This document shows, piece by piece, positions 49,257 through 58,686 of a stretch of DNA of 64,000 nucleotides. The notes under the pieces were generated by a model that saw only the letters and a program-made list of their open reading frames with translations, made no database searches and was not told where the DNA came from. How positions within the stretch are numbered: the stretch's first letter is position 1; the number at the start of each line of letters is the position of its first letter. Origin of the DNA: Candidatus Moraniibacteriota bacterium. GTDB lineage: Bacteria > Patescibacteriota > Minisyncoccia > Moranbacterales > GCA-2747515. The stretch covers positions 77,977 to 141,976 of the forward strand of contig JBBQZC010000001.1 in NCBI GenBank assembly GCA_038208115.1, in the 5' to 3' direction. Position numbers and translations under genes: made by a program.

Positions 49257-49424
49257 ATGAAAAGTAGTATTGTTCAAGAAAAATCATTTTCATTTGCTGT
49301 GCGCATCGTAAAATTATACAAACACCTTATTGAAAAGAAAAAGGAACTATTAATTATTCATTCTTTACTATTAACTATTAATTTTTCATTATTAATTATT
49401 AAATCTTCATTATTAATTTTGTAA
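49257..49424 (+). pseudogene. Internally deleted four-helix-bundle gene (copy B)
   Basis: MKSSIVQEKSFSFAVRIVKLYKHLIEKKKE is nearly identical in DNA to 51446 onward, then runs straight into the downstream heptamer array. Confidence 0.85.
49345..49421 (+). repeat. Tandem array of about 11 degenerate heptamers
   Basis: aactatt aattatt cattctt tactatt aactatt aattttt cattatt aattatt aaatctt cattatt aattttg. Confidence 0.85.
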
Positions 49425-49442
49425 CTTGTTAATACATTTTTT

Positions 49443-49988
49443 ATGATTAAAAAATTATTCATCATTCTCTTGATCATCGTTTTTTGTGCGATTAGCTATT
49501 TTGCCTATACCGTTTTCAGTAAACGTGAAAGCGATCTCATCAAAACAAGTACTACTCCTGCCACGCACAATATGCAAGAATCAAAAGACGCCTCCGAGAA
49601 AGACCGCCCACAAGAAAACATCATCGAAAATCTATTACGCAATGATGCAACTGAAAATACACAAACAGAAAATTCCGATCAAACAGCAAAAAATAATTCT
49701 GATGATGGCTACTATGTACACGTCACTTCAATAGATTGTGCACGCGAATGCGAACCATATAAATATAACGACAAAGAGTTAAAATACTGCCAAAACGTCT
49801 GTGGCATCTCTGATACAACGTCTACAAATTCTAATTGTGATTCTCTCAATGATTTTGAGAAAGATTATTGCTACAAGAACCAGGCAATAGAGAAAAAAGA
49901 TGCTTCAATCTGTGATAAAATTTCAGACACAGCAGTTAAAAGGTCCTGCAAAAATCGCATTCAAGAAGACATACTAGAAAACATGTAA
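49443..49988 (+). CDS. Membrane-anchored cysteine-rich exported protein
   Basis: N-terminal TM, a polar linker and 8 Cys in the C-terminal half. Confidence 0.75.
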   Translation: MIKKLFIILLIIVFCAISYFAYTVFSKRESDLIKTSTTPATHNMQESKDASEKDRPQENIIENLLRNDATENTQTENSDQTAKNNSDDGYYVHVTSIDCARECEPYKYNDKELKYCQNVCGISDTTSTNSNCDSLNDFEKDYCYKNQAIEKKDASICDKISDTAVKRSCKNRIQEDILENM

Positions 49989-49989
49989 T

Positions 49990-50036
49990 CATGTTTTCTT
50001 AGTTAATAATTAATAGTGAATAATGAAAAATAGTAT
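49990..50036 (+). repeat. 47-bp direct repeat (cassette left end, copy C)
   Basis: 45/47 identical to 51413..51459; the last 38 bp are identical. Confidence 0.9.
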
Positions 50037-50041
50037 CATTT

Positions 50042-50070
50042 TTGATAAAAAACTATTGATTTTTTATCAA
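50042..50070. promoter_or_regulatory. Perfect 11-bp inverted repeat overlapping a putative -35 box
   Basis: ttgataaaaaa-ctattga-ttttttatcaa; TTGATT-17 bp-TAAAAT precedes the ATPase. Confidence 0.55.
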
Positions 50071-50115
50071 TGCTATGATAAAATTTCATTGAAATACTAT
50101 CAATAACACATTATT

Positions 50116-51402
50116 ATGATTAAAAGAGAGATTCTTCCTCATATTCTCCATTGGATTGGAAAAGAAAAAATACTGATTTTAAAAGGTGCTAGACAAGTGG
50201 GCAAAACAACACTACTCAAACAAGTCATTGACGAAATCTCCAAGAGAAACACGGACACATCTATTGCCTATCTTCGTGCAGACAACAGCGAGGACTCCCA
50301 GTTTTTACAATCCACTGCGATACTCGAAGAATATCTAAAACGACTGCACGGATTTCCAGAAAAATATGTATATCTCTTTATTGATGAATTTCAAATTATA
50401 GATAATGCGGGCATGTTTCTCAAAAATATTTTTGATAAATATAAAGAGAACCTTCAAATTGTCGTCAGCGGATCCAGCTCATTGGAAATTACAAAAAACA
50501 CGGAATTTCTCACTGGACGATCCATTGATTTTGATATTTCACGCATTACATTTCGCGAATATTTTAATTACGAAAATCAAAGCAATATAGAGCAAATCCC
50601 ATTGAACAACTTTGATGAATTAAAGTTGTTCTATGAAACATTTGCGCAAAAAATAGATATTCAATTCAAAGAATATCTTTCCTTCGGTGGATACCCAGAA
50701 GTAATAACAACAGTCGAACATGCCGACAAAGAAACAATTCTTAATTCGATCGTCAAAACGTATATCGAGAAGGATATTGCTGGCTTCCTCAAAATTGAAA
50801 ATATTACAGGATTTAACAATCTTCTTAAGATTCTTTCCGCTCAAATCGGTAACCTCGTGAATCTTTCAGAGGTATCAAATACAACAACATTATCAAGAAA
50901 CACCGCAGAAAAATATCTTAGCGTCCTTATCGGTACGTATGTTTTTAATTTGGTGACTCCATATTATAAAAATATCCGGTCAGAATTATCAAAAATGCCA
51001 AAAGTCTATACTCTCGACATCGGCATTTGCAATTATTTTACGCGATCATTATATGCCGACAATCGTCTCAATGGTAGCATTATAGAAAATTTCGTGTATT
51101 TACACCTACTTGATCAATATAAGAAAGATGATATTCATTTTTATCGAACAATCGGTGGTTCAGAAATTGATTTTGTCATCGAGAATCAAGAAAACACCGT
51201 CATCTTGGGAGAAGTAAAGTACCGCACGAAAACCACCCTGCCCGTTGCAATGAAAAATTTCATTGCTCGCTACCCAAACAGCACGACTCATAAAATTATC
51301 TTTACGAAAGACACATTGTCACAAAATACCAATGGAGTTATATTCTTACCGGCACAGCTACTCCCATTCACAGACATATCTTCTAAAGAGTTGAGAGGCT
51401 AA
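50116..51402 (+). CDS. AAA_14 ATPase with a DUF4143/PD-(D/E)xK-like C-terminus
   Basis: GARQVGKT, IDEFQ, SGSSS, LTGR, GGYPE, KVYTLDIG and EIDF...EVK. Confidence 0.9.
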   Translation: MIKREILPHILHWIGKEKILILKGARQVGKTTLLKQVIDEISKRNTDTSIAYLRADNSEDSQFLQSTAILEEYLKRLHGFPEKYVYLFIDEFQIIDNAGMFLKNIFDKYKENLQIVVSGSSSLEITKNTEFLTGRSIDFDISRITFREYFNYENQSNIEQIPLNNFDELKLFYETFAQKIDIQFKEYLSFGGYPEVITTVEHADKETILNSIVKTYIEKDIAGFLKIENITGFNNLLKILSAQIGNLVNLSEVSNTTTLSRNTAEKYLSVLIGTYVFNLVTPYYKNIRSELSKMPKVYTLDIGICNYFTRSLYADNRLNGSIIENFVYLHLLDQYKKDDIHFYRTIGGSEIDFVIENQENTVILGEVKYRTKTTLPVAMKNFIARYPNSTTHKIIFTKDTLSQNTNGVIFLPAQLLPFTDISSKELRG

Positions 51403-51445
51403 AGAATTATTGCATATTTTTTTAGTTAATAATTAATAGTGAATA

Positions 51446-51798
51446 ATGAAAAATAGTATTGTTCAAGAAAATCATTTTCATTTGCTGTGCGCATCGTAAA
51501 ATTATATAAACACCTTATTGAAAAGCAAAAGGAGTTTGTTCTCTCAAAGCAATTATTGCGATCAGGCACATCAATTGGCGCAAATATTGAAGAAGCGACT
51601 GGTGGTCAAAGCAAAAAAGATTTCATCGCAAAGCTATCAATTTCTTACAAAGAATCACGAGAAACTGGGTATTGGTTAAAAATTTTGAAAGAAACAGATT
51701 TCCTCACACAGAAAGAATTTGATTCGATTTATGCTGATTTAGCAGAACTACAAAAAATACTTACTAGCATACTGAAAACCGCAAAGAAAAATTTGTAA
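51446..51798 (+). CDS. Four-helix-bundle protein (TIGR02436, 23S IVP/Avd-like), copy D; -1 frameshift near codon 9, or GTG start at 51487
   Basis: KQLLRSGTSIGANIEEA, SKKDFIAKL and KESRETGYWL. It has one fewer A than copy B in gaaaa(a)tca. Confidence 0.85.
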
Positions 51799-51800
51799 TG

Positions 51801-51840
51801 AACTATTAATTTTTCATTATTAATTATTAACTCTTCATTC
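51801..51840 (+). repeat. Downstream heptamer array, inverted relative to 51423..51454
   Basis: aactatt aattttt cattatt aattatt aactctt catt versus upstream tagttaa taattaa tagtgaa taatgaa aaat. Confidence 0.85.
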
Positions 51841-51849
51841 ATATTTACC

Positions 51850-53541
51850 ATGAAATTCTCCTCTCTCCTAATCATCTCCTTACTGATACAGAATGGCTTT
51901 TTCATATTACCCACTCACGCAAATAATGAGGAATTTCTCCCTCTCTTTAAAACGTCTACCACCAAAAATTATCGTGACGGTGAAGTGATCATCACTTACA
52001 AAGATGCTACAAAAAAAGAATTTCAATCACTTGTAAAAGAAAATAAAAAAATAGAAGAATCCGAAAAATCCATAGAAGAGAAAAAAGAAAAAATTGTTCA
52101 ATCTCTCAAAAAAACAACTAAAATTGATAATCTCAGAATCACAAAGCACATCAATGATCTAGGCATCTCACTCATCACATCGGAGACAGAATCCACAGAA
52201 GATCTCATCAAAAAATTACAGAAAGATGAAAATGTGAAATATGCAGAGCCAAATTTTATCAAAACACCATCACACACACCCAATGATACTTATTTTTCAT
52301 CTCAATGGGCGCATTATCGCAGTGATGACCATGATATCGATACAGCAGACGCATGGGATAGTGAGAGTAGCAGTGCATCAAATATTACCGTTGCGGTGAT
52401 CGACAGTGGCGTCGATCATACGTTTCCCGATCTCAACGGCAATATGTGGGACGGCTCAACGATCTGCTTCAGTGATACAGGTACACCAATTTCTTGTCCC
52501 TACCACGGATGGGATTATGATGATAATGATAATAACCCCGATGATACTATAAACTCCACTGATGGATTTCAGTGGCATGGCACGCATGTCGCCAGTATAT
52601 TCGGCGCCACTACAAATAATGGCATTGGTATTTCGGGCATCAGTCGATATAATCATGTGAAGATCATGACGATTCGATTTGGATTAGACGCTATGTCAGA
52701 GATTCAAGCCATTAATTTTGCCAAAAATAACGGTGCTAAAGTGATCAATGCTAGTTTTGCCGGTGACAGTTTTATCCAAGCAGAAAAAAACGCAATTGAT
52801 GCCTTCCCTGGTATTGTCGTCACTGCAGCAGGAAATGGTGGGGATGATGCAATCGGTGATAATAATGACGCTGTACCTACTTATCCGTGTAATTATGCAT
52901 CAAACAATGTGATCTGCGTTGGTGCATCTACTTCTGCTGATACTCTAGCCTCATTTTCCAATTATGGCGAAAGTGTCGATATTGTAGCACCTGGTGAAAG
53001 CATTCGTGGCATTCAACAGGATAGTTATTTCTATAATGGTAGTGGCACGTCTTATTCTTCCCCATTTGTTGCAGGCACAGCAGCGCTACTTTATGCACAT
53101 AACACATCTGCATCCATCACAACAATAAGAGAAACTCTTCTTAAAAGCAGCGATCATTTCATATCACTATCTAAAAAAATTGGATGCAGCAGAAGATTGA
53201 ACAGTAATATTGCACTACAAAATTTAATAGCTACAAAAATTCCGACTGAGTCATGCCCCACGCCTGTTTATCGATTTTGGTCGGACAAAAATCAACATCA
53301 TTTTTACACAGCAAGTGCACAGGAGCGTGATCAAGTGATTAATAATTATGATGATTATGTGTGGAAATATGAAGGAATCGCATATTATGCTGCGACAAGT
53401 GGTACGGCAATTTACCGTTTCTGGTCTGATCAAAATCAATCACATTTTTACACAGCAAGTGCACAGGAGCGTGATCAAGTGATTAATAATTATGATGATT
53501 ATGTGTGGAAATATGAAGGAATCGCATGGTATTTACCTTAA
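51850..53541 (+). CDS. Secreted S8 subtilisin-like protease with two C-terminal DUF5648-like repeats
   Basis: Signal peptide, YAEPN propeptide, VAVIDSG, HGTHVA, AAGN and GTSYSSP; YRFWSD repeats. Confidence 0.92.
   Translation: MKFSSLLIISLLIQNGFFILPTHANNEEFLPLFKTSTTKNYRDGEVIITYKDATKKEFQSLVKENKKIEESEKSIEEKKEKIVQSLKKTTKIDNLRITKHINDLGISLITSETESTEDLIKKLQKDENVKYAEPNFIKTPSHTPNDTYFSSQWAHYRSDDHDIDTADAWDSESSSASNITVAVIDSGVDHTFPDLNGNMWDGSTICFSDTGTPISCPYHGWDYDDNDNNPDDTINSTDGFQWHGTHVASIFGATTNNGIGISGISRYNHVKIMTIRFGLDAMSEIQAINFAKNNGAKVINASFAGDSFIQAEKNAIDAFPGIVVTAAGNGGDDAIGDNNDAVPTYPCNYASNNVICVGASTSADTLASFSNYGESVDIVAPGESIRGIQQDSYFYNGSGTSYSSPFVAGTAALLYAHNTSASITTIRETLLKSSDHFISLSKKIGCSRRLNSNIALQNLIATKIPTESCPTPVYRFWSDKNQHHFYTASAQERDQVINNYDDYVWKYEGIAYYAATSGTAIYRFWSDQNQSHFYTASAQERDQVINNYDDYVWKYEGIAWYLP
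53299..53527 (+). repeat. Intragenic repeat: 85 bp identical, period 144
   Basis: 53299..53383 equals 53443..53527. Confidence 0.95.
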
Positions 53542-53545
53542 AATG

Positions 53546-55708
53546 TTATTTTGACTCCACCAAGCAGTTCATCATTTTTTCTACACAAAAAATCGGACTT
53601 TTTAGCGACATGTCTCGCATTGCGTTCTGACTCAAATAATGACGCAAAGCCTGATTTTCAATCAATCGTGAAATGCCCATCAGCGATTCTTCAAAATTTA
53701 AAGAATTTACAACAATCGCGTTGACTTCATGTAAAGCAAATTCCGTGCTACCACCATCTTTTGGAACAACTACTGCAAGACCAGATGCCATAGCCTCCAT
53801 TGCAGTCAATCCCATTGCCTGAAAGATGGATAAATCTATAAATATATCACATTCTCCAAATAATTTTGCGAGATTCTCGGACTGCAAAATGCCCAAATTA
53901 GTAAAGTTAAAATTATATTCAAGAAATCTGAAATCTGGATCATTTATTTTTAAACCAAATATAACAATATCAATTTTATCTTTGAATTCTTCTTTTAATT
54001 TTTTAAGAATTTTCATGGTCATCTCCGCATTTCGCCTTGGACTTGTAGGTCTAATCATTGCACAAATTCTCACAACATCTTCACACATCACGCTCTTTCT
54101 CTGTCTCGGTGCAAATATTCTTTCTTCAAAACTTTCCCCAACAACACAAACTTCTCTATTATGATTCTTGTAAACTTGATTAGCTGTCCATTGTGTTTTC
54201 GAAAACAATTTCATTCGTTCAAAAATTTCATAACTATGTTTAGCTCTTTTTTGTTCAAAAGAATTTTCTTTGTAAAACATGGGTTCATAATCTTGAATAT
54301 AATACCCCATACGCATACCCTTCTCATCACATCCTTTTAGCCATTCAACTGAAAAATTAGCAGTTGCAATAATATAGTCATAATCTTTAGCATATATTTC
54401 CAAATCTTTACCATCATCAAAAAAAATAGTTTTATCATCCCACTGTGGATAACAGGCAATAAATTTTTCCTTATTTGACAATAAATTCGCAATAACTACA
54501 GTAATGCCAGATTCAATCATCCTTTCTGCTTCCATCAAAACAACATTAGCGCCTCCTCCGATGGCGCCCACTGGCAAAATAAATATTATTTTTTTTCCAA
54601 AAAAATTTTTTACAATAACACGCTTCGTTTTGATATATTGTTCTATATTTGCAACACGCAATCTGATACCGTGCATTTCAATATTATTTTTGCATTGCTC
54701 AACTCCAAAATTTATAATTGCGTGACCATGCTTTTTGATTAAAGCCTTATTTGCCACATTTGCTAAGATTATCCTTTTTTCACTGGAATAACTTTTGGAT
54801 TGAGCATGGTATATATAAATATCATCACATACAGCAAGTTTCCATCCAGCTTTTTTTACTCTGATACAATAATCATTTTCCTCCCCATAACCTCTCGCAA
54901 AAGTAACCTCATCAAATATGCCTATTTCATCAATAACTGCACGTTTGATCATGAAGCAAAAACCATTTAAAAAAGAAATTTTTGGATATAGACATGCGGA
55001 TCTCTCATGAATTGCCATAGCCCACTCTTCTAGGTCAATTTTTTCCGGAATTATATTTTCTGCCCAATCACCGCTTTCTTCAATTTGTGGCACTGATTGC
55101 CATGATGCTGTGTTACTTAGCGGTCCAATAATTCCCACTCGCAGATCACTTTCCCCACATCGAATCATTGCGTCAATCCATCCTAGCGTTACAATAGTAT
55201 CGCTATTCAAAAGAATTACATAGTCTGATTTTGATAAACGTAACCCAATATTTGCTGCAATTGTGTATCCCAAAGCTTGATTGTTTCTAACTAGCAAAGT
55301 GATTGTTTTATGTTGATTTACAAAACTTTCTAAAATATTCCTTGTTTCCTCATCGCTACCATCGTCTACTATAATTATTTTTTTTATACTTTGGGATGAG
55401 TTTTTTATTATTGAATTTAGACACTTTTTCACATCTTGTGGCGCATTATGTACACAGACAATCACATCAGCAAATTTATGCGAAATATCAGAATTATAAA
55501 ATTTTTCAAAAACAACCTCTTCCAAATTTTTATCACTCAAGCCGGCATATACTGGATGTATACGACGTAATGACATAAATTTTCTCCACACCCTCAAAAA
55601 AGCATTTTGCAAACCATCTCTTTGAATAATAACAAAAAAGATATTAGTCAAATATTTGCACAATACTATTTTTTTCTTTAAAAAATTTTTCATTTCTATA
55701 ATATTCAT
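53546..55708 (-). CDS. Bifunctional glycosyltransferase: GT2 plus WsaF-like GT4
   Basis: VDDGS, LLNSDT and YGEENDYC, then GGANV, YYIQDYEP.F and EAMASG. The start codon is uncertain. Confidence 0.85.
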   Translation of the reverse strand: MNIIEMKNFLKKKIVLCKYLTNIFFVIIQRDGLQNAFLRVWRKFMSLRRIHPVYAGLSDKNLEEVVFEKFYNSDISHKFADVIVCVHNAPQDVKKCLNSIIKNSSQSIKKIIIVDDGSDEETRNILESFVNQHKTITLLVRNNQALGYTIAANIGLRLSKSDYVILLNSDTIVTLGWIDAMIRCGESDLRVGIIGPLSNTASWQSVPQIEESGDWAENIIPEKIDLEEWAMAIHERSACLYPKISFLNGFCFMIKRAVIDEIGIFDEVTFARGYGEENDYCIRVKKAGWKLAVCDDIYIYHAQSKSYSSEKRIILANVANKALIKKHGHAIINFGVEQCKNNIEMHGIRLRVANIEQYIKTKRVIVKNFFGKKIIFILPVGAIGGGANVVLMEAERMIESGITVVIANLLSNKEKFIACYPQWDDKTIFFDDGKDLEIYAKDYDYIIATANFSVEWLKGCDEKGMRMGYYIQDYEPMFYKENSFEQKRAKHSYEIFERMKLFSKTQWTANQVYKNHNREVCVVGESFEERIFAPRQRKSVMCEDVVRICAMIRPTSPRRNAEMTMKILKKLKEEFKDKIDIVIFGLKINDPDFRFLEYNFNFTNLGILQSENLAKLFGECDIFIDLSIFQAMGLTAMEAMASGLAVVVPKDGGSTEFALHEVNAIVVNSLNFEESLMGISRLIENQALRHYLSQNAMRDMSLKSPIFCVEKMMNCLVESK

Positions 55709-55740
55709 ATAACATCTATTTAAATGCCTCAAAATCTTTT

Positions 55741-56694
55741 TTATGCTTTATTTTTTTTCATGTATTCTTGCACCGCCTTATAACTCGCAGCTACAGTATA
55801 TCGTTTTGCATTAATATGTGACGCAGTAGATGTTGGTAATTTTCTCCAATGATATAAAACTTTTGGTATATGATAAATTTTTTGTGCAGCCGTGTGTTCA
55901 ATGAAACGAAGGACCAAATCGTAATCCTGTGCACCTTCAAATCCTTTTCTAAATCCGTAAATTTTATCTATAATCGACTTTCGATATAATCCAAGATGAC
56001 ATGTATACATTTTTTTCAAAAAAAGATTTAGTGACCAATCTGGCTTAAAATAAGGATCAACACGAAATCCATTCTCATCCAATTTATCTTCATCACTATA
56101 AATAAAATCAATATCACGATTCGAATTTAAAACTTTTACACACTCAAATAAGGCGTTTGGCGCAAGTTCGTCGTCGTCGTCAAGAAGAGCAATAAATTCC
56201 CCATCAGTCATTTTCAGTGCTTCATTTGAAGCTCCAGATATGTGTTGATTAATTTCTCCATAGATAATTTTAATACGCACATCTTTATTTTCCCATTCCT
56301 TCAAACATAAAATTGTATTTCTATTTGTTGAAGCATCATCATAAATACACAACTCCCAATTTTGATAAAACTGATCCAAAACAGACTGAATGCATTGATT
56401 CAACCATTGCGAATCCACATTATAAACTGGCATGATGATGGAGATTCTTGGATGATAGATCAAATCACTAATTTCTTCTTGTATTTTCATGAAATTGTGA
56501 TCTTCATTTTGCGTGATCCATTCATCATATTCTTCTTTAGAAGAAAATTGATTTGTATGAAAATGTTTTCGACCATATAGAATATATTGGAAAAACTTTT
56601 TTAAAAAAACCATAAAACCGTCCATTTTAAAAACAAGAATACCTTTTTGCATGACATGCATAGTATTCTGAAAACTTTTTTTAGCTTTATTCAT
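55741..56694 (-). CDS. Glycosyltransferase family 2
   Basis: SIIMPVYN, DDAS, LDDDDEL, YSDEDK, FKPDWS and GAQDYDL. Confidence 0.9.
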   Translation of the reverse strand: MNKAKKSFQNTMHVMQKGILVFKMDGFMVFLKKFFQYILYGRKHFHTNQFSSKEEYDEWITQNEDHNFMKIQEEISDLIYHPRISIIMPVYNVDSQWLNQCIQSVLDQFYQNWELCIYDDASTNRNTILCLKEWENKDVRIKIIYGEINQHISGASNEALKMTDGEFIALLDDDDELAPNALFECVKVLNSNRDIDFIYSDEDKLDENGFRVDPYFKPDWSLNLFLKKMYTCHLGLYRKSIIDKIYGFRKGFEGAQDYDLVLRFIEHTAAQKIYHIPKVLYHWRKLPTSTASHINAKRYTVAASYKAVQEYMKKNKA

Positions 56695-56725
56695 AATTTA
56701 ACATCTTATGCCAAATACAAAAAAA

Positions 56726-57619
56726 TTAATAGTTCGCATTGTACATATTAGCCAGTGTTTCTTTAAATGGATGTTTTAATCTGATCTTTGTGATTTTTTC
56801 GTATTTCTCACGAGAGCCCTTTAAAACCGTAATTTCATTTTCTCTCACAAAATCAGGATTTACAGTAACATTGATTTTGTAACCAGAAATATTGTCCATG
56901 TATGCAATTACATCCGCAATAGAATATACCTTGCCTGTGCATAAATTGAATATTTCAGAACTCACGTCAGACTCAAAAAGCGCAACATATGCCTGTGCAA
57001 TATCTCGCACATCAGAAAAATCTCTCGCAACATCAATATTTCCTAGCTCTATAAACTCTTTTTTTTGTTTGTAGTGCGAAACGATCTTAGGTATAAGAAA
57101 TTTCTCATCCTGGCCCACTCCGGTATAATTAAATGGTCTCACAATTACAATTGGTAATGTATCAAAAAATGTGTGTGCAACATATTCCATAGCAACCTTA
57201 CTAATCGCATAATGATTTACTGGTTGTACAACCTCATTCTCCGTAATCGCCACATCTCCACCCCGTTGTCCATACACATTAGCACTGCTCGCCAAGATCA
57301 CCTTTTGTAGATTTTTTTGTGTCTCCGTCAGTGCGCGAAGCAGATTTTCCGTACCAATTGTATTCACCGCATAAAAATCCAATGGACTCTTGTGTCCAAC
57401 AAAAGATAACGCGGCAAGATGAATTACTCCAGTAAGTTCATGATCTTTTAAAACGTTGCACAAAGAATCAAAATTCGTAATATCACACACCACATCATCA
57501 CGATCAGCCCTATTATTTTCTTGAGATAATCCAACAATCTCATATCCTTGCACCTGAAAAGCCTCCTTGATATACGAGCCGGTAAAGCCACTGAGACCTG
57601 TAATAAGAATTTTTTTCAT
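56726..57619 (-). CDS. rmd: GDP-4-keto-6-deoxy-D-mannose reductase-like SDR
   Basis: TGLSGFTG, HLAALSFV, SSANVYG, YAISK, RPFNYTGVGQ and RDFSDVRD; adjacent to gmd. Confidence 0.75.
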   Translation of the reverse strand: MKKILITGLSGFTGSYIKEAFQVQGYEIVGLSQENNRADRDDVVCDITNFDSLCNVLKDHELTGVIHLAALSFVGHKSPLDFYAVNTIGTENLLRALTETQKNLQKVILASSANVYGQRGGDVAITENEVVQPVNHYAISKVAMEYVAHTFFDTLPIVIVRPFNYTGVGQDEKFLIPKIVSHYKQKKEFIELGNIDVARDFSDVRDIAQAYVALFESDVSSEIFNLCTGKVYSIADVIAYMDNISGYKINVTVNPDFVRENEITVLKGSREKYEKITKIRLKHPFKETLANMYNANY

Positions 57620-57621
57620 AT

Positions 57622-58677
57622 TTAAAAAATCGATTGATTATCGGTTGTATGCCTTTTCATATCAGCATCGACCATCATTTTGCATAATTCTTCCAACGTA
57701 ACCTTTGGTTCCCATCCAAGAGCTTTCTTTACCCTACTTGCATCACCGATCAATAATTCAACCTCCGCAGGTCGATAATATTTTGGATTGATCTTTATGA
57801 TTATTTTATCGTTCTCAGCATCAATGCCAATTTCTTCAATACCCTCACCTTTCCATTCAAGTTTGATCTTGAGTGCTTTGCATGTCATATTAATAAAATC
57901 TCGGACCGTTTCCGTGCGACCCGTTGCCAAAACAAAAGTGTCTGGCTGCTTTGCCTGGAGCATCATGTGCATACCTTTCACATACTCCTTTGCATAACCC
58001 CAATCACGTTTTGCATCAAGATTACCAAGCTCCAAAAAATCCATTTTACCAAGTTTAACTTTAACAAGACCATCTGTAATCTTTCGCGTGACAAATTCTA
58101 AACCGCGCAATGGCGATTCATGATTGAATAAGATACCACTTGATGCAAAAATGTTATACGACTCACGATAGTTTACCGTCATCCAATGTGCATATAATTT
58201 TGCCACACCATATGGACTGCGCGGATAAAACGGTGTTGATTCCTTCTGTGGCACTTCTTGTACCTTGCCAAACATTTCCGATGTTGAAGCTTGGTAATAT
58301 TTAATACCTCTGTCCACTATACGAATCGCCTCCAAAAGATGTACAGCTCCAAGACCCGTAATCTGAGCAGTCGCAATTGGCTGTTCGAATGAAACCCCCA
58401 CAAAACTCTGCGCGGCCAAATTGTAAATTTCATCAGGACGTACTTGCTCCAAGAGTCGAATACTCGAACCCAAGTCAGTGAGATCATATTCGACCAAATG
58501 TAGATTTTCATGCTCTGTAATGCCAAGCTCTTGAATACGCCAAAAATTCGCTGAACTCGTTCTGCGATATGTACCATAAACATCATATCCTTCTTTCAAT
58601 AAAAGTTCTGCCAAATATGCTCCATCTTGACCCGTGACACCCGTAATAATTGCCTTTTTCATATATTTTATCTCCAT
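57622..58677 (-). CDS. gmd: GDP-mannose 4,6-dehydratase
   Basis: [43 protein letters not shown] and KRDWG. Confidence 0.96.
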   Translation of the reverse strand: MEIKYMKKAIITGVTGQDGAYLAELLLKEGYDVYGTYRRTSSANFWRIQELGITEHENLHLVEYDLTDLGSSIRLLEQVRPDEIYNLAAQSFVGVSFEQPIATAQITGLGAVHLLEAIRIVDRGIKYYQASTSEMFGKVQEVPQKESTPFYPRSPYGVAKLYAHWMTVNYRESYNIFASSGILFNHESPLRGLEFVTRKITDGLVKVKLGKMDFLELGNLDAKRDWGYAKEYVKGMHMMLQAKQPDTFVLATGRTETVRDFINMTCKALKIKLEWKGEGIEEIGIDAENDKIIIKINPKYYRPAEVELLIGDASRVKKALGWEPKVTLEELCKMMVDADMKRHTTDNQSIF

Positions 58678-58686
58678 ATTAAATGA

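Noticed and set aside
3839-51840. RtcB religating RNA after excision of the stem-bounded four-helix-bundle cassettes
   Set aside because: The loci are over 40 kb apart, and this RtcB has lost RNA-contact residues and is coupled to a glycosyltransferase. Nothing in the sequence links them.
46121-53527. Diversity-generating retroelement (Avd-like gene plus near-identical repeats)
   Set aside because: No reverse transcriptase in the window. The galE repeat mismatches are not adenine-specific, and the intragenic repeat cores are identical rather than A-mutated.
47923-53527. CRISPR array
   Set aside because: The repeats are in-frame protein domain repeats or 7-nt microsatellite-like arrays, with no repeat-spacer structure and no cas genes.
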